A DNA stretch of 64,000 nt from Nostoc sp. (GTDB lineage Bacteria; Cyanobacteriota; Cyanobacteriia; Cyanobacteriales; Nostocaceae), in NCBI GenBank assembly GCA_036918135.1, contig JBALDB010000017.1, forward strand, positions 15,903-79,902, in the 5' to 3' direction. Shown in pieces: positions 30,255-41,695 of this stretch (position 1 is its first letter; each line of letters opens with the position of its first letter). A model generated the notes under the pieces. That model saw only the letters and a program-made list of their open reading frames with translations, searched no databases and was not told the origin of the DNA. Made by a program: the position numbers and the translations under genes.

Positions 30255-30923
30255 CTAAAGGCGATCGCCAAACAAGATGGTTCCTAATCGTACCATCGTT
30301 GTGCCTGCTTGCACTGCCAGTTCGTAGTCTCCTGACATACCCATAGATAGGTGCTGCATTTTTATCTGCGACCAGTTTTGCTCTTGGATTTCTTTTGCCA
30401 GTTGACGACATCGATTAAACACACTCAGAATTTCCACCTCATCCAATCCGGAAGGCGGAATTGTCATCAAACCTTGAATTTGTAAAGTTTTGCATTGATT
30501 CAGGGCGGGTAAATCAGCCAAAAGTTCTGGCACACTCCAACCCGACTTGTTGGGATCTGGGAGAATTTTTACTTGCAAGCAAACTTGGGGGCTGACTCCC
30601 AGCTGTTGCGCCAATTGTTCTAAGCGCACTGCCAACTTTAAATTATCTACGGAGTGAATCCAGTGGAATTGTTCAATGGCTTTTTTGGCTTTATTGCTTT
30701 GCAAATGTCCAATAAAGTGCCAAGTAATATCCGATAAGTCATGCAACTGGGCTTGCTTAATACTGGCTTCTTGGATACGACTCTCTGCAAAATCACGAAT
30801 TCCTGCGGCATAGGCAGACCGAATCGCTTCAGCAGAAACTTGCTTGCTAACAGCAATCAATCTGACTGAAGTTGGCAGTGAGGAGCGAATGGTAACAATA
30901 CGTTCGTAAATCGAACTGTTCAT
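30255..30923 (-). CDS. pipY: PLP homeostasis protein YggS/PipY
   Basis: LIAVSK, WHFIGHLQSNK, LSMGMSGD, VRLGT. Confidence 0.95.
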   Translation of the reverse strand: MNSSIYERIVTIRSSLPTSVRLIAVSKQVSAEAIRSAYAAGIRDFAESRIQEASIKQAQLHDLSDITWHFIGHLQSNKAKKAIEQFHWIHSVDNLKLAVRLEQLAQQLGVSPQVCLQVKILPDPNKSGWSVPELLADLPALNQCKTLQIQGLMTIPPSGLDEVEILSVFNRCRQLAKEIQEQNWSQIKMQHLSMGMSGDYELAVQAGTTMVRLGTILFGDRL

Positions 30924-31198
30924 TGGAAGGTGCGTTGGAAAACACTCTGAAGCTGATCGTACTCCTGAGATTGCCCACCGCGACGCAGAGTACGTAAGCG
31001 ATTTTCCAACATCATTCTAGCTTCGGTGCGTCCTATAGGCTGGAACTTAATACCTTTAATGTCATTTGCTACCAAAAAAAATAACCGCTGGGCATAAAGT
31101 GTCGTGAACAGATCCTGGTTTTCATCAACCATACAGATTTTGTAAAGTAAACCCCAAGTTGGATGATTTATGTAAGTTTCTGCGTTTTCTGGATTCAT
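30920..31198 (-). CDS. pipX: PII-interacting protein PipX
   Basis: ETYINHPTWGLLY...LFTTLYAQRLFFLV; overlaps the pipY start. Confidence 0.96.
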   Translation of the reverse strand: MNPENAETYINHPTWGLLYKICMVDENQDLFTTLYAQRLFFLVANDIKGIKFQPIGRTEARMMLENRLRTLRRGGQSQEYDQLQSVFQRTFQ

Positions 31199-31517
31199 TT
31201 AATAGTCAAGGTGGGAGTATGTATATGCTTTCGCAGTTCATTCCAAACATTCAGACGATAATACCAACATTCGTCAGAATATTTTCTTAAAGTGCGAAAC
31301 TGTGGTTTTGAAGACCTCGATCTAGTTTTTAAGGAAGCAGATTAAGCTAGTGGTAGTGAAGCGGAAGTTGTTGAAAGTTTGGCGTAGCATGGGAAAACAC
31401 CCGATAAACATCCCAAGGGCAAAAGCCAACTTTCTAACTTCTTTCCATACTGCCACAACTGTCGCCTAATGGAGCAAAATTAGGTCATGTGAATGGGCAT
31501 TGGGCATTGTGTATACA

Positions 31518-31653
31518 GGAGATGAGGAGATGAGGAGATGAGAAAGATGAGGGAGATGAGGGAGTGTGGGGAGTGTGGGGAGAGAGAGGGGAAAGATTTC
31601 TTCCCCATCCTCCCACACCTCCCATCCCTCCCACACTTCCAATACCCAATGCC
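31518..31653. repeat. Purine/pyrimidine-rich dispersed element (GGGGAGTGT / GGAGATGA units around AAGATTTCTTCCCCATCCTCCCAC core)
   Basis: Related copies at ~31808-31935, ~32969-33081 (inverted), ~35911-36018, ~38700-38840 and a degenerate copy at ~37510-37627. Confidence 0.8.
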
Positions 31654-31668
31654 TGATTCCCAATTCCC

Positions 31669-33357
31669 TTATTGATTATTCAGTATTTTCAGCGCTGCCA
31701 ACTGCGCCTGAGCTTTGTGCAGAGATTCATACCATTCTCTCTCAGGGTCGCTGTCTGCAACAATTCCGGCGCCAACTTGTCCCCAGACAATGTTGAGTGG
31801 AGAGGGGTAGTGGGGAGATGAGGGAGATGAGGGAGTGTGGGGAGTGTGGGGAGTGTGGGGAGTGTGGGGAGAGAGGGGGGAAAGATTTCTTCCCCATCCT
31901 CCCACACCTTCCACCCCTCCAATACCCATTGCCCCATCTCCTCCATCTTCCTTCCCAGGGGCTAGTAGCAGGGTACGGATTAAGATATTTAAGTCTAAAT
32001 TACCGCGCCAATCTAAATAGCCACAGGAACCATAGAATAAGCTGCGTCGCACGGGTTCTAGTTCTTCGATAATTTCCATGCAACGGATTTTAGGACAACC
32101 TGTAATTGTGCCGCCTGGGAAGGTGGCGCGAATCAAATCAATGGTGGTGCGTTCGGCTTCGCCGTGCTGTAGGCATTCGCCTTTTAAAGTACCTTTGATG
32201 TTGCTGACAAGATGCATCACATGGCTATATCGCTCAATTGTCAGCAATTCGTCTACAACAACACTTCCCCATTCACAAACTCGCCCTAAATCATTGCGTT
32301 CCAAATCCACGAGCATGATGTGTTCTGCACGTTCTTTGGTGTTGCTGAGTAAATCTTGTGCCAGTTGCCTATCTTGTTCTGGGTTTGCACCACGCGATCG
32401 CGTTCCGGCGATCGGTCTGGTTTGCGCTTGTCTATTTTGCAACAATACTAATCGTTCCGGCGAACAACTCATCACTTCCCCCCAAGGCGTTTGCCAATAG
32501 CTGGCAAAAGGAGAAGGATTGATTTTTTGCAAGGCTTGGTAAATTTCCCAACCAGAAGTTGCTGTAGACGCTTGAAATCGCAATGACAGATTTGCCTGAA
32601 AAATGTCTCCAGCTTGAATATATTTTTTCACCTGGTTGACAGTTGCTTCATAATCTGCCTGTGATGTCAAAAAGACAGGAGCAGATGAGCCAGATGAGCC
32701 AGATAAGGGAGAGAATTCTACGTTGTTGTCGTTATCTCCTTGCCTGTTATCCAATTTTTCCTGTAGCTTATTGAGTTCAGTGCGATCGCTAGCAGCTAAC
32801 CAAAGAATTTGTTCGGTGTGATCTAAAACAGCAAAACAATCTGGTTCGTACCAAAAAGCTACGGGAAATGGTAGGGGATCAATTTTAGTAGTAGGTAGCT
32901 GTTCAATTTCCCATGCGACATCGTAGCCCAGCCAACCCAGCCAACCACCGCTAAAAGGGAGGTGAGGTGGGGCATTGGGTATTGGAAGTGTGGGAGGGGT
33001 GGGAGGATGGGGAAGAAATCTTTCCCCCCTCTCTCCCCACACTCCCTCATCTCCCCATCTCCTTATCTCCCTATCTCCCTCATCTGGCTCATCCGTCTGC
33101 TGCAACAACTGTTCTAACAAGGGAAAAACCTCTCCTAGCTTTGGTGTCCACATCTGTGGGACGCCATCCACTAGGCGAGGAGCGCCTGCACAGATAGAAT
33201 ATCGACTGAGCTGGGGATGTTCGATTGGTGTTGGATAGGGACTTTCCAGTAGGGTAGCAATTCCCGTTGCGGTGGTGGGGCGAAACAAGGCAGCAAAAAC
33301 TTCCGAACCCGTGCGCTCTTTTAAGGGTAGCGATCGCCAATACCAAGCCTTCATCAT
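31669..33357 (-). CDS. Chorismate-binding enzyme, TrpE/PabB component I family
   Basis: PFSGGWLGWLGYD, YIQAGDIFQANL, SPERL, PIAGT, EHIMLVDLERNDLGRV, FPGGTITGCPK, GAGIVADSDP; carries repeat-derived in-frame insertions. Confidence 0.92.
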   Translation of the reverse strand: MMKAWYWRSLPLKERTGSEVFAALFRPTTATGIATLLESPYPTPIEHPQLSRYSICAGAPRLVDGVPQMWTPKLGEVFPLLEQLLQQTDEPDEGDREIRRWGDEGVWGERGERFLPHPPTPPTLPIPNAPPHLPFSGGWLGWLGYDVAWEIEQLPTTKIDPLPFPVAFWYEPDCFAVLDHTEQILWLAASDRTELNKLQEKLDNRQGDNDNNVEFSPLSGSSGSSAPVFLTSQADYEATVNQVKKYIQAGDIFQANLSLRFQASTATSGWEIYQALQKINPSPFASYWQTPWGEVMSCSPERLVLLQNRQAQTRPIAGTRSRGANPEQDRQLAQDLLSNTKERAEHIMLVDLERNDLGRVCEWGSVVVDELLTIERYSHVMHLVSNIKGTLKGECLQHGEAERTTIDLIRATFPGGTITGCPKIRCMEIIEELEPVRRSLFYGSCGYLDWRGNLDLNILIRTLLLAPGKEDGGDGAMGIGGVEGVGGWGRNLSPLSPHTPHTPHTPHTPSSPSSPHYPSPLNIVWGQVGAGIVADSDPEREWYESLHKAQAQLAALKILNNQ

Positions 33358-33393
33358 ACTGTTTAGAAACTTTCGATTTTCAAGGATGGCAAA

Positions 33394-34311
33394 TTAGACT
33401 TTAGTTCCTACAGCTAGTCGTATTCCCCAGAATAAGACTAAAGTCGCAATAGCAAACCAGTCAAGGGCTTTTAATCGTAAATCATGCCACTGAACTCGAT
33501 GTTCGTTAGGACTGGTAAAACCCCTTACAACCATTGCATTGGCCATTTGTTCGGCTCGTAAGAGCAGATTGTCTAACAATCTCTCTGCAACTGTCATCCA
33601 AAGCTTAAATGCTCCTTTTAATCCCAGCTTTTTCCAATTAATCGCCCTTGTCATTACAGAGCGAAATAAGTTTTGTACTTCTTCTAAAACCAGGGGAATA
33701 AAGCGCAAAGATAAAGTTAAAGTTAAAGTAATTTCTGTAACGGGCAGCTTCAAACGCCGCAAGGGTTGCATCAAGCTTTCTATGCCAGATGTAATTTCTT
33801 CTGGTGCGGTTGTCAGTAAATACAGGTTAGTGCTATAAATCACGGTAAATATAATCGCACTTAGGCTTATCCCCAAATCTAAGGAGTGGCGAGTTATTCT
33901 AGCTGCACCTTTTTGAAATAGCACGTAGCTATATTTTTGATGAGTGCTTGCTTGTTGAATAGGATTATTCGAGTTTGCTGGCTGGGTTAATATTTGTTCG
34001 TTTGCTGGCAAACGTGGCTGATAATCTATACCCATTCCATCAGGACTGATGGCTGCGATCGCTAGGACAAAAAATGATAGCATCAATAACCATCCCATTT
34101 GCTGCCGCCATACTCGTTGGGGAATCCTTGCAAATAAGGTCGTAACGATTAATATTACCACCAGCAACACCCGCCAATAGTTGTTGGCTAATATATAGCT
34201 GGTTAAAAAACTTATTAACCAAGCAAACTTGACTCGCGGATCGATTTTATGCAACCAAGTTTGGGGTTGTTCTAAATAAAGTCCAAGTGGCAGCGATCGC
34301 AGTAAATCCAT
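33394..34311 (-). CDS. ECF transporter transmembrane component T (CbiQ/EcfT family)
   Basis: LHKIDPRVK, LLTTAPEEI, LSLRFIP, AMVVRGF. Confidence 0.9.
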   Translation of the reverse strand: MDLLRSLPLGLYLEQPQTWLHKIDPRVKFAWLISFLTSYILANNYWRVLLVVILIVTTLFARIPQRVWRQQMGWLLMLSFFVLAIAAISPDGMGIDYQPRLPANEQILTQPANSNNPIQQASTHQKYSYVLFQKGAARITRHSLDLGISLSAIIFTVIYSTNLYLLTTAPEEITSGIESLMQPLRRLKLPVTEITLTLTLSLRFIPLVLEEVQNLFRSVMTRAINWKKLGLKGAFKLWMTVAERLLDNLLLRAEQMANAMVVRGFTSPNEHRVQWHDLRLKALDWFAIATLVLFWGIRLAVGTKV

Positions 34312-34346
34312 GTTTTGTCAATAGTCATTGGTCGTTGGTCATTGGT

Positions 34347-34400
34347 GAGCCAGTGCGGTCTTGGGGGTTTCCCCCATGAGCAACTGGCGAACCCGAAGGG
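34347..34400. repeat. Short structured dispersed repeat inserted in an STRR tract
   Basis: GAGCCAGTGCGGTCTTGGGGGTTTCCCCCATGAGCAACTGGCGAACCCGAAGGG interrupts TTGGTCA repeats; related to 41791-41835. Confidence 0.6.
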
Positions 34401-34494
34401 TCATGGGTCATTGGTCATTAGTTAAAACTCATCATTTAACCAAGGACAAAGGACAAAGGACAAATGACAAATAACAAATGACAAGTGACAATTA

Positions 34495-35856
34495 TTACAC
34501 GCGTGTTGCTCTATTGACATTACCACTTTCAACGTCACGAACTTTTTTGCTCCGCCAGAGTAAACGAATAGGGCTACCTTTAAATCCTAGTTGTTGCCGA
34601 AATTGTCGCTCTATGTAGCGGCGGTAGTTGTCGTTAAAGCGTTTGGCATCATTGACAAATAAAGCAATGGTAGGTGGTTGGGTACTTACTTGTGTACCAT
34701 AATAAATTTTGCCTTGACGCCCACCACGCGATGCTGGGGGTGAATGCCAGCTCAGTGCGTCTGTTAAAACTTCATTAATCACTGATGTGCTAACACGGCG
34801 TTTGTGTGACTCAGCCGCTATTTTGACGAAATCTAAAATCTTTTCTACCCGTTGCCCTTTTAAAGCACTGACAAATATTGTTTCTGCCCATTCAGTAAAA
34901 TGTAACCGCGCTTGTAAACTTTTTTCGTAGTCGTAGATCGTGTAAGAGTCTTTTTCCACTGCATCCCACTTATTAACTACGATGATGCAAGCTCGACCTT
35001 CTTCGATAATTCGTCCAGCTAATTTTTGGTCTTGCTCTGTGACTCCATCTAAAGCATCTAGTACTAATAAAACCACATCAGCGCGGCGAATCGCTTTGAA
35101 AGCCCGGTTAATGCTAAAAAACTCTGTGCCGTATTCTATTTGTTTCTTCTTGCGAATGCCGGCAGTGTCAATCAAGCGATAGGTTTGTCCGTCCCGCTCA
35201 ACTACGGTATCAATTGCATCGCGGGTTGTACCAGAAATTGGGCTAACAATTGCCCTTTCTTTTCCAACAAAAGCATTGAGTAAACTAGATTTACCCACAT
35301 TTGGGCGTCCCACAATTGCTACTTTGATTTCGTTATTTTCTGGGACTTCTCCAACGGGCGGTATGTGATTAATTAACTCATCAAGTAAATCTCCTGTACC
35401 ACTGCCATGAATGGCAGAGACGGGGTACGGTTCGTTTAATCCCAATTCCCAAAATTCCACAGCTTGGATTAAACCTTGTTCTGGGGATTCACATTTATTT
35501 ACAGCTAGTAAGACTGGTACAGGTTGTTGGCGCAACCATTCAGCAATTTCTCGATCTGCTGAGGTAGGGCCAATTTGACCATCGACTACAAAAATGGCGG
35601 CACTCGCTTCTGTAAGCGCTGTCAATGCCTGTTGGCGAATCAGTGGCAAAAATTCAGTATCATCATTAAAAACTAAACCACCAGTGTCTACCACCAAAAA
35701 GTCGCGATCGTTCCAGTAAGCTCGGATGTAAGTGCGATCGCGTGTCACTCCCGGTTCATCATGGACAATCGCCGTTTGTTCCCCGGCGAGACGATTAACT
35801 AGGGTGGATTTGCCCACATTTGGGCGTCCGATAATAGCAACAATTGGCAGTCCCAT
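34495..35856 (-). CDS. der: Ribosome biogenesis GTPase Der (EngA)
   Basis: Two GRPNVGKS G-domains, DTGG/DTAG, NKWD, C-terminal KH-like domain. Confidence 0.98.
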   Translation of the reverse strand: MGLPIVAIIGRPNVGKSTLVNRLAGEQTAIVHDEPGVTRDRTYIRAYWNDRDFLVVDTGGLVFNDDTEFLPLIRQQALTALTEASAAIFVVDGQIGPTSADREIAEWLRQQPVPVLLAVNKCESPEQGLIQAVEFWELGLNEPYPVSAIHGSGTGDLLDELINHIPPVGEVPENNEIKVAIVGRPNVGKSSLLNAFVGKERAIVSPISGTTRDAIDTVVERDGQTYRLIDTAGIRKKKQIEYGTEFFSINRAFKAIRRADVVLLVLDALDGVTEQDQKLAGRIIEEGRACIIVVNKWDAVEKDSYTIYDYEKSLQARLHFTEWAETIFVSALKGQRVEKILDFVKIAAESHKRRVSTSVINEVLTDALSWHSPPASRGGRQGKIYYGTQVSTQPPTIALFVNDAKRFNDNYRRYIERQFRQQLGFKGSPIRLLWRSKKVRDVESGNVNRATRV

Positions 35857-36160
35857 AAAACCAGGGTAAGTGAGAGACGTAGTATATCACGTACTTACAT
35901 TTTATGTTATGTAGGGGGATGAGGAGATGAGGAAGATGAGGGAGTGTGGGGAGAAAAATTTCTTCCCCATCCTCCCACACCTCCCACCCCTCCCACACTT
36001 TCTGTTCGCCCAATGCCCTATTTTCAAGCTAGTTAAAAATGAAAAAAGGTAGGTGACCCTACCTCGAACCCAAAAAAAGCATTTTGTAACCAAATACCAA
36101 ATTAAATATCACACAGGTTTTTGACGAATCTATTGCAAAACTATGACAAAGGTATGACAG

Positions 36161-37357
36161 TTAATTTTTTGTGGATTTGGCAATCGATCCAAGTTGCAAT
36201 CCAGGCGGATAGCTACCTTCTTGTTTAATATGTTTGATTTCAGCATCTGTTATCCGCAAATTTAATTTTTGCGCTAGTGCCGACACAATATCTCCCCGGT
36301 CAATGACACCAGCGACGGTGCCAGCAGGAGAAAGTACGGTAATCCAAGGTAAGTGCTGATTTTCTAGCTTGTTAATTACCTCTGCTAAAGATGTGGATTC
36401 GGCAACATGAGGTATTTCTGTTAAGGGACGCGCGATGTTGTGTACAGTTTGGGTTTCCCATTGACTCCTTTCGATTAAACGCAAATCGTCTATAGAAACC
36501 AAACCCCGATAACGTCCATCAGAAGCAGCAAAATAAACTTGTAAAGGGGCAGTTTCTAGTAGATATAAATCAGCAAAGGAACGCAATGTCTGGTCAGCAT
36601 CAACTACCCGATAGTCGCGGGTCATGGCATCGGCTGCTACCACTTTTAACAAGCTTTCTTGCAATGTGGTCACATTGTCATAGGTGCTGGCATTACGAAC
36701 AGCAAACCAACCCAATAGGGCAATCCACAAGCCAAGTACTAACTCCCTGGTAACGAAATCTATGACAAATCCGAAAGCGATCGCTCCGTATCCTAAAATT
36801 TGCCCTGCTCTTGCAGCCCAGTGTACAGCTTGGAAACGATTACCTGTTACTTGCCATAGCGCTGCTTTTAACACTTGTCCTCCATCTAGAGGTAAACCGG
36901 GAATCATGTTAAATAGCGCCACTACCAAGTTAATTCTTGCCAAATCTCCCACCATCATAGTGACGGGACTAGTATCAGGTAAAACACCAGCCAGCAAACG
37001 CAGCAGGAAAAATAGGATGATACTCACCGAAGGGCCAGCAATCGCTACTTGAAACGCTTGTACTGGAGTTTTTGATTCTTCTTCGATCGCCGCGATGCCG
37101 CCAAACAAAAACAAGGTAATAGAGTTAACTTTAATTCCTTGCGATCGGGCTACCAAGCTGTGACCCAACTCATGTAACAGCACTGAAGCAAATAGCAGCA
37201 GTGCCATGACTATTCCTGCACTCCAAGCTATAGCATTCCCCCATTCTTGGTAAGCTACCCCAAAATTCAGAGTTGCCAATGCCAAAATCACAAACCACAA
37301 CGGGTCTAAAAATAGGGGAATTCCAAATAAAGACCCAATTTTCCAATTTGTTTGCAT
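36161..37357 (-). CDS. Site-2 protease (M50) with CBS domains
   Basis: HELGH, AIAGP, NMIPGLPLDGG; C-terminal CBS pair. Confidence 0.92.
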   Translation of the reverse strand: MQTNWKIGSLFGIPLFLDPLWFVILALATLNFGVAYQEWGNAIAWSAGIVMALLLFASVLLHELGHSLVARSQGIKVNSITLFLFGGIAAIEEESKTPVQAFQVAIAGPSVSIILFFLLRLLAGVLPDTSPVTMMVGDLARINLVVALFNMIPGLPLDGGQVLKAALWQVTGNRFQAVHWAARAGQILGYGAIAFGFVIDFVTRELVLGLWIALLGWFAVRNASTYDNVTTLQESLLKVVAADAMTRDYRVVDADQTLRSFADLYLLETAPLQVYFAASDGRYRGLVSIDDLRLIERSQWETQTVHNIARPLTEIPHVAESTSLAEVINKLENQHLPWITVLSPAGTVAGVIDRGDIVSALAQKLNLRITDAEIKHIKQEGSYPPGLQLGSIAKSTKN

Positions 37358-37693
37358 TATATTGTCCTAAAACTAAATATTTCTAATGGCTTTAACTCCG
37401 TAATATTTTGTAAAATTTCTTATATATATTTTAAACATCCCTAAATTCATGCTCAGTTATCAAATGCTCTAATTTCTAAAATAGACAATTATGCCTGGGA
37501 GCAGAACTCTAAGGAGGGCAAAGAGGTAGGGGAGTGGTGAGTGGGAAGCGTCAGAGGGCTACTAGGAAGCTTTTTTAGCATCTCCCACCCCGCCCACACT
37601 CCACACACTCTTGACTCCCTCATCTCTTTTTTAGAGGAAAGAGAACCAGAATCGTCAATGCAACTTACAAACAAGGCTTGTTTGATTCATTAC

Positions 37694-37951
37694 CTACAGG
37701 CGACCGCCGATGTTAGTCAATCCCAAAATAATGCCAACGCCGATGATATGACCTAAAGCCATTGCAGCAACGAATGTTGGAACACTGATCGGCAGAATCG
37801 GGAATTTGGGGCCAACTAAGGGTTTTTCAATCTTAGTACTTAGTAAAAGAACTACTAAGCTACTAATGCTGATAGCGATCGCTGTTTTGGGAGTCCATGC
37901 GGGTGTTGGAGGAACAGATGCCGCTACTGCTAGTAAAGTAGATAAAATCAA
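37694..37951 (-). CDS. psaK: Photosystem I subunit PsaK
   Basis: VPPTPAW, GPKFP, ALGHIIGVGIILGLTNIG. Confidence 0.9.
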   Translation of the reverse strand: MILSTLLAVAASVPPTPAWTPKTAIAISISSLVVLLLSTKIEKPLVGPKFPILPISVPTFVAAMALGHIIGVGIILGLTNIGGRL

Positions 37952-38071
37952 CTTTGTGTCTCCTAAATGGAAAGTTAATGTAGACCTACAAGATTATAAA
38001 ATTAGCAGGCGCAAAAGTTTTTTAGATAGTCTAGACTTTTCTAATAATTATTTTAAATTTGTGAAGTTTTC

Positions 38072-38719
38072 ATGCGCGTTAAGATTTGCGGCATCACTCA
38101 ACCAGAGCAATCTATAGCGATCGCCTCTCTTGGCGCAACGGCACTAGGGTTTATTTGTGTACCTACCTCCCCTCGCTACGTTACCACAAGCCAAATTCGA
38201 GCATTAGTGGCACAATTACCCGAAAATATTGACAAAATTGGTGTTTTTGCCAACACTATTTTTGGGGAAATCAAGCAGGTAGTTATTGATTCTGGGCTAA
38301 CTGGTGTCCAGTTACACGGAGATGAATCGCCAGAATTTTGCTACCAATTACGTCAAGCTTTGCCTAAGATTGAAATACTCAAGGCATTTAGAATTCGTAA
38401 TTTTGAGCATCTTAAGACAATAACTGATTACATACAATACGTAGATACTTTACTACTTGATGCCTATCATCCACAACAGCTCGGTGGCACAGGCAAAACC
38501 TTAGATTGGACGATGCTACAACAATTTAGTCCCAATTGCCCTTGGTTTTTAGCTGGAGGATTAACAGCAGATAATATTGTCCAAGCTTTAAGTCAGCTAA
38601 ATCCTAGCGGTATTGATTTATCTAGTGGGCTGGAGAACGCACCTGGAGATAAGGATTTAGATAAAGTAGCACTCTTGTTTGAGCGACTAAAGAGTAGAGA
38701 GCAGGGAGTGGGGGGATGA
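38072..38719 (+). CDS. trpF: Phosphoribosylanthranilate isomerase
   Basis: VKICGIT, VQLHGDE, GGTG, LAGGL, DLSSG. Confidence 0.96.
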   Translation: MRVKICGITQPEQSIAIASLGATALGFICVPTSPRYVTTSQIRALVAQLPENIDKIGVFANTIFGEIKQVVIDSGLTGVQLHGDESPEFCYQLRQALPKIEILKAFRIRNFEHLKTITDYIQYVDTLLLDAYHPQQLGGTGKTLDWTMLQQFSPNCPWFLAGGLTADNIVQALSQLNPSGIDLSSGLENAPGDKDLDKVALLFERLKSREQGVGG

Positions 38720-38844
38720 GGAGATGGGGGAGTGTGGGGAGATGAGGAGATGGGGGAGTGTGGGGAGATGGGGAGAGAGGGGCAAGATTTCTTCCCCATC
38801 CTCCCACACCTCCCACACCTCCTGTTCGCCCAATGCCCCATTTG

Positions 38845-39552
38845 CTAAAAAAACGTTGCTTGGTGGCGAATCAAATTAAACAATTCTTCACGAGTTTTGT
38901 GTTCTTCTTGAAACACACCAACCATTGCGCTAGTGACAGTTGAAGAACCTGGTTTTTGGACTCCCCGCATCACCATGCACATATGAGTAGCTTCCATGAC
39001 AACGGCAACACCTTTAGGTTCGAGAATAGTCTGAATCGCTTCAGCAATTTGGCGGGTTAATCTCTCTTGTACTTGTAGGCGGCGGGAATACATCTCGACA
39101 ATTCTAGCTAGTTTACTCAGTCCCACAACTTTTTGATTGGGAATGTAAGCAACGTGCGCTCTACCCATAAATGGCAACATGTGATGTTCGCACAGACTAA
39201 AGAAATTAATATCTCGCACTAGTACCATCTCATTATGCCCTTCATCAAAGATGGCATCATTAACGAGTTCTTCGAGGGATTGGTTGTAGCCGCTAGTTAG
39301 AAACCGCATCGCCTCAGCTACTCGTTTTGGTGTTTTGAGGAGTCCCTCACGTTCCGGGTCTTCTCCAACGCCCAATATAAGTGTCCGCACAGCATCCATC
39401 ATCTGCTCCATCTGTTCCTCTTTTGGCGGGAATAGATCTGCCTGTCTCCCATTGTGCGTATTGCGATCGGGTCGTGGAGTTATGGCTTCTGCTAAGTCGG
39501 GAATTAAAGGCGATTGAGAGTAATTGGAACCGTTGGAACTAGCGGTAGTCAT
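38845..39552 (-). CDS. folE: GTP cyclohydrolase I
   Basis: [39 protein letters not shown]. Confidence 0.97.
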   Translation of the reverse strand: MTTASSNGSNYSQSPLIPDLAEAITPRPDRNTHNGRQADLFPPKEEQMEQMMDAVRTLILGVGEDPEREGLLKTPKRVAEAMRFLTSGYNQSLEELVNDAIFDEGHNEMVLVRDINFFSLCEHHMLPFMGRAHVAYIPNQKVVGLSKLARIVEMYSRRLQVQERLTRQIAEAIQTILEPKGVAVVMEATHMCMVMRGVQKPGSSTVTSAMVGVFQEEHKTREELFNLIRHQATFF

Positions 39553-39629
39553 GATTCAATCTTGGTTATGATTTTGTCATTGGTCATTTGTCATTGGTTA
39601 TTTGCTTTAAACAAAGAACAAATGAGAAG

Positions 39630-40355
39630 TTAGAGTGTGCCTATAGTAGGCATTATGGTCAATTCATCAATAACTGCCTGTTGTGGTAATAGAACTGTGT
39701 AGAGGATTGACTGAGCTACAGTTTCTGCAGTTAACATTTTGGAATGGTCTAAATTGGCATTAAGTGTCTGTGCATCCCAAATTTCGGTATTGACTGCCCC
39801 AGGACAGATGGTTGTGACACGAATGCCGTAGATGCGTTCTTCTTGTGCCAAGGTTTGGGAGAGGGCAATTAAACCAGCTTTGCTGACGTTGTATGCTCCC
39901 CAATAGGGAAATGGTTGCTTGCCGACAATGGAGGCGATGTTAATAATTGTGCCTCTGCCCCGATCGCGCATTAATGGTAGTATCCCCGTAATACACTGAC
40001 ATACACTGGTGAGATTCAGGTTAATTACCTGCTGCCATTTATAGGGGGGAGTTTCACTCAAACTACCTGTATACGCTATGCCAGCATTGTTCACTAAAAT
40101 ATCTATATCACCAAAGTCAAGGGCGATCGCTTGAATCTTTTCTTTTACTTGGGAGATTTGCCCTAAATCTAAAGCGTAAGCTTTTGCTTCTACCTCTGTA
40201 TGCTCTAGAGCTTCTCTTACCGCCTCTAACTTATCCAAAGAACGGCTGACCAAAGCGACATCTATTCCCGCCTTTGCAAAGGCTAAAGCCGCCGCTCTGC
40301 CAATTCCACTACTTGCCCCTGTAATTAGGGCGCGTCGTTTTTGCTCAGCACTCAT
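39630..40355 (-). CDS. Short-chain dehydrogenase/reductase
   Basis: TGASSGIG, NNAG, YNVSK; ATG at 40355 (MSAEQ) is the likely start. Confidence 0.92.
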   Translation of the reverse strand: MSAEQKRRALITGASSGIGRAAALAFAKAGIDVALVSRSLDKLEAVREALEHTEVEAKAYALDLGQISQVKEKIQAIALDFGDIDILVNNAGIAYTGSLSETPPYKWQQVINLNLTSVCQCITGILPLMRDRGRGTIINIASIVGKQPFPYWGAYNVSKAGLIALSQTLAQEERIYGIRVTTICPGAVNTEIWDAQTLNANLDHSKMLTAETVAQSILYTVLLPQQAVIDELTIMPTIGTL

Positions 40356-40714
40356 GGTGTCTCTCAATTTTTTGGCAATTCCCAAACTCTATTACTACCC
40401 AATTATTCTCATCTTTGGGTTTCGATAGATTAAAGGAATTTAAAAATCATTGGATTTTCAGAGAGCAACTGCTAGTTTGCTATGGAATAGTTGGTATTTT
40501 ATGGATTTTCCAGTAAAGACTACAAATTATTACCTGAGAAATCACCCGCTAGAGTCAAAGTAAATTAGTTAATAATATAAAAGCCACTCAATCAAATTAA
40601 GTAGATTTGCCAAATATGCCAATGCCTATGGCTAATCAGATTGTTAAAAAATCTTTAATCACCATAGGCAATTATAGCATTGCTATTCGGCTAATTAATC
40701 ATTATCAACTGCTG

Positions 40715-41695
40715 CTAATAAGCAACTTCTGTAAAAACACCAATTTTGCGAAATTTTTCGTAGCGCAGTTGGCGGCGTTCGGGAGCGGTTAAACGGTTAA
40801 GTTCCTCCAAATTTTCTAACAGCACTTGCTTGAGCGTCGTAGCAGCTTTCAAGGGGTCGGCATGAGCGCCACCGATGGGTTCGGGCAATATCTGGTCAAT
40901 AATTCCTAAATTTTTGAGGTCGTGGGAAATAATTTTGAGAGCGACGGCGGCTTGGGGAGCTTTGGCAGCATCTTTCCACAAAATGGCGGCACAGGCTTCA
41001 GGCGTAGCGACGGTATAAACTGAGTGTTCAAACATCAATAGACGATCGCCAACACCGATACCGAGTGCGCCGCCAGAACCGCCTTCACCAATGACTGTGC
41101 AGATAATTGGCACATCTAGGCAAAACATTTCCCGCAAGTTATAGGCGATCGCTTCTCCTTGACCTTGGTGTTCCGCTTCTACCCCAGACCAAGCCCCCGG
41201 CGTGTCGATAAAAGTTAAAATCGGCATCCCAAACTTATTGGCATGTTCCATCAAGCGCAATGCTTTGCGATAGCCGCCAGGGTAAGGCATACCAAAATTG
41301 CGGGCAATATTATCCTTAGTATCGCGGCCTTTTTGATGACCCAACATCACCACAGGTTGTCCACTCAGACGCCCAACACCACCAACTAAAGCTGGATCGT
41401 CACCGCCACAGCGATCGCCATGCAACTCCATCCATTCATCACTAATTGCTTGAATGTAATCGAGAGTACTGGGGCGACGCGGATGACGAGCGACTTGCAA
41501 ACGCTGAGATGGGGATAAACTACTAAAAATTTCCTCACGCAGTTGCATAGCGCGTGTTTCTAGTTGACGAATTTGACCAGAAACATCGACGCCATTTTCT
41601 TCAGCAAGTTGCCGAATTTGGTCGATTCGAGTTGCAAGTTCTGCTAGGGGCTTTTCAAAATCCAACAGTAGCGGTTTACGTTCAGTAGTTACCAT
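40715..41695 (-). CDS. accA: Acetyl-CoA carboxylase carboxyltransferase alpha subunit
   Basis: [31 protein letters not shown]. Confidence 0.98.
   Translation of the reverse strand: MVTTERKPLLLDFEKPLAELATRIDQIRQLAEENGVDVSGQIRQLETRAMQLREEIFSSLSPSQRLQVARHPRRPSTLDYIQAISDEWMELHGDRCGGDDPALVGGVGRLSGQPVVMLGHQKGRDTKDNIARNFGMPYPGGYRKALRLMEHANKFGMPILTFIDTPGAWSGVEAEHQGQGEAIAYNLREMFCLDVPIICTVIGEGGSGGALGIGVGDRLLMFEHSVYTVATPEACAAILWKDAAKAPQAAVALKIISHDLKNLGIIDQILPEPIGGAHADPLKAATTLKQVLLENLEELNRLTAPERRQLRYEKFRKIGVFTEVAY

Noticed and set aside
31466..33238. Several short Pro/His- or Gly/Trp-rich ORFs (also near 35.8-36.1, 37.5 and 38.6-38.9 kb)
   Set aside because: Alternative-frame translations of the G-rich repeat element.
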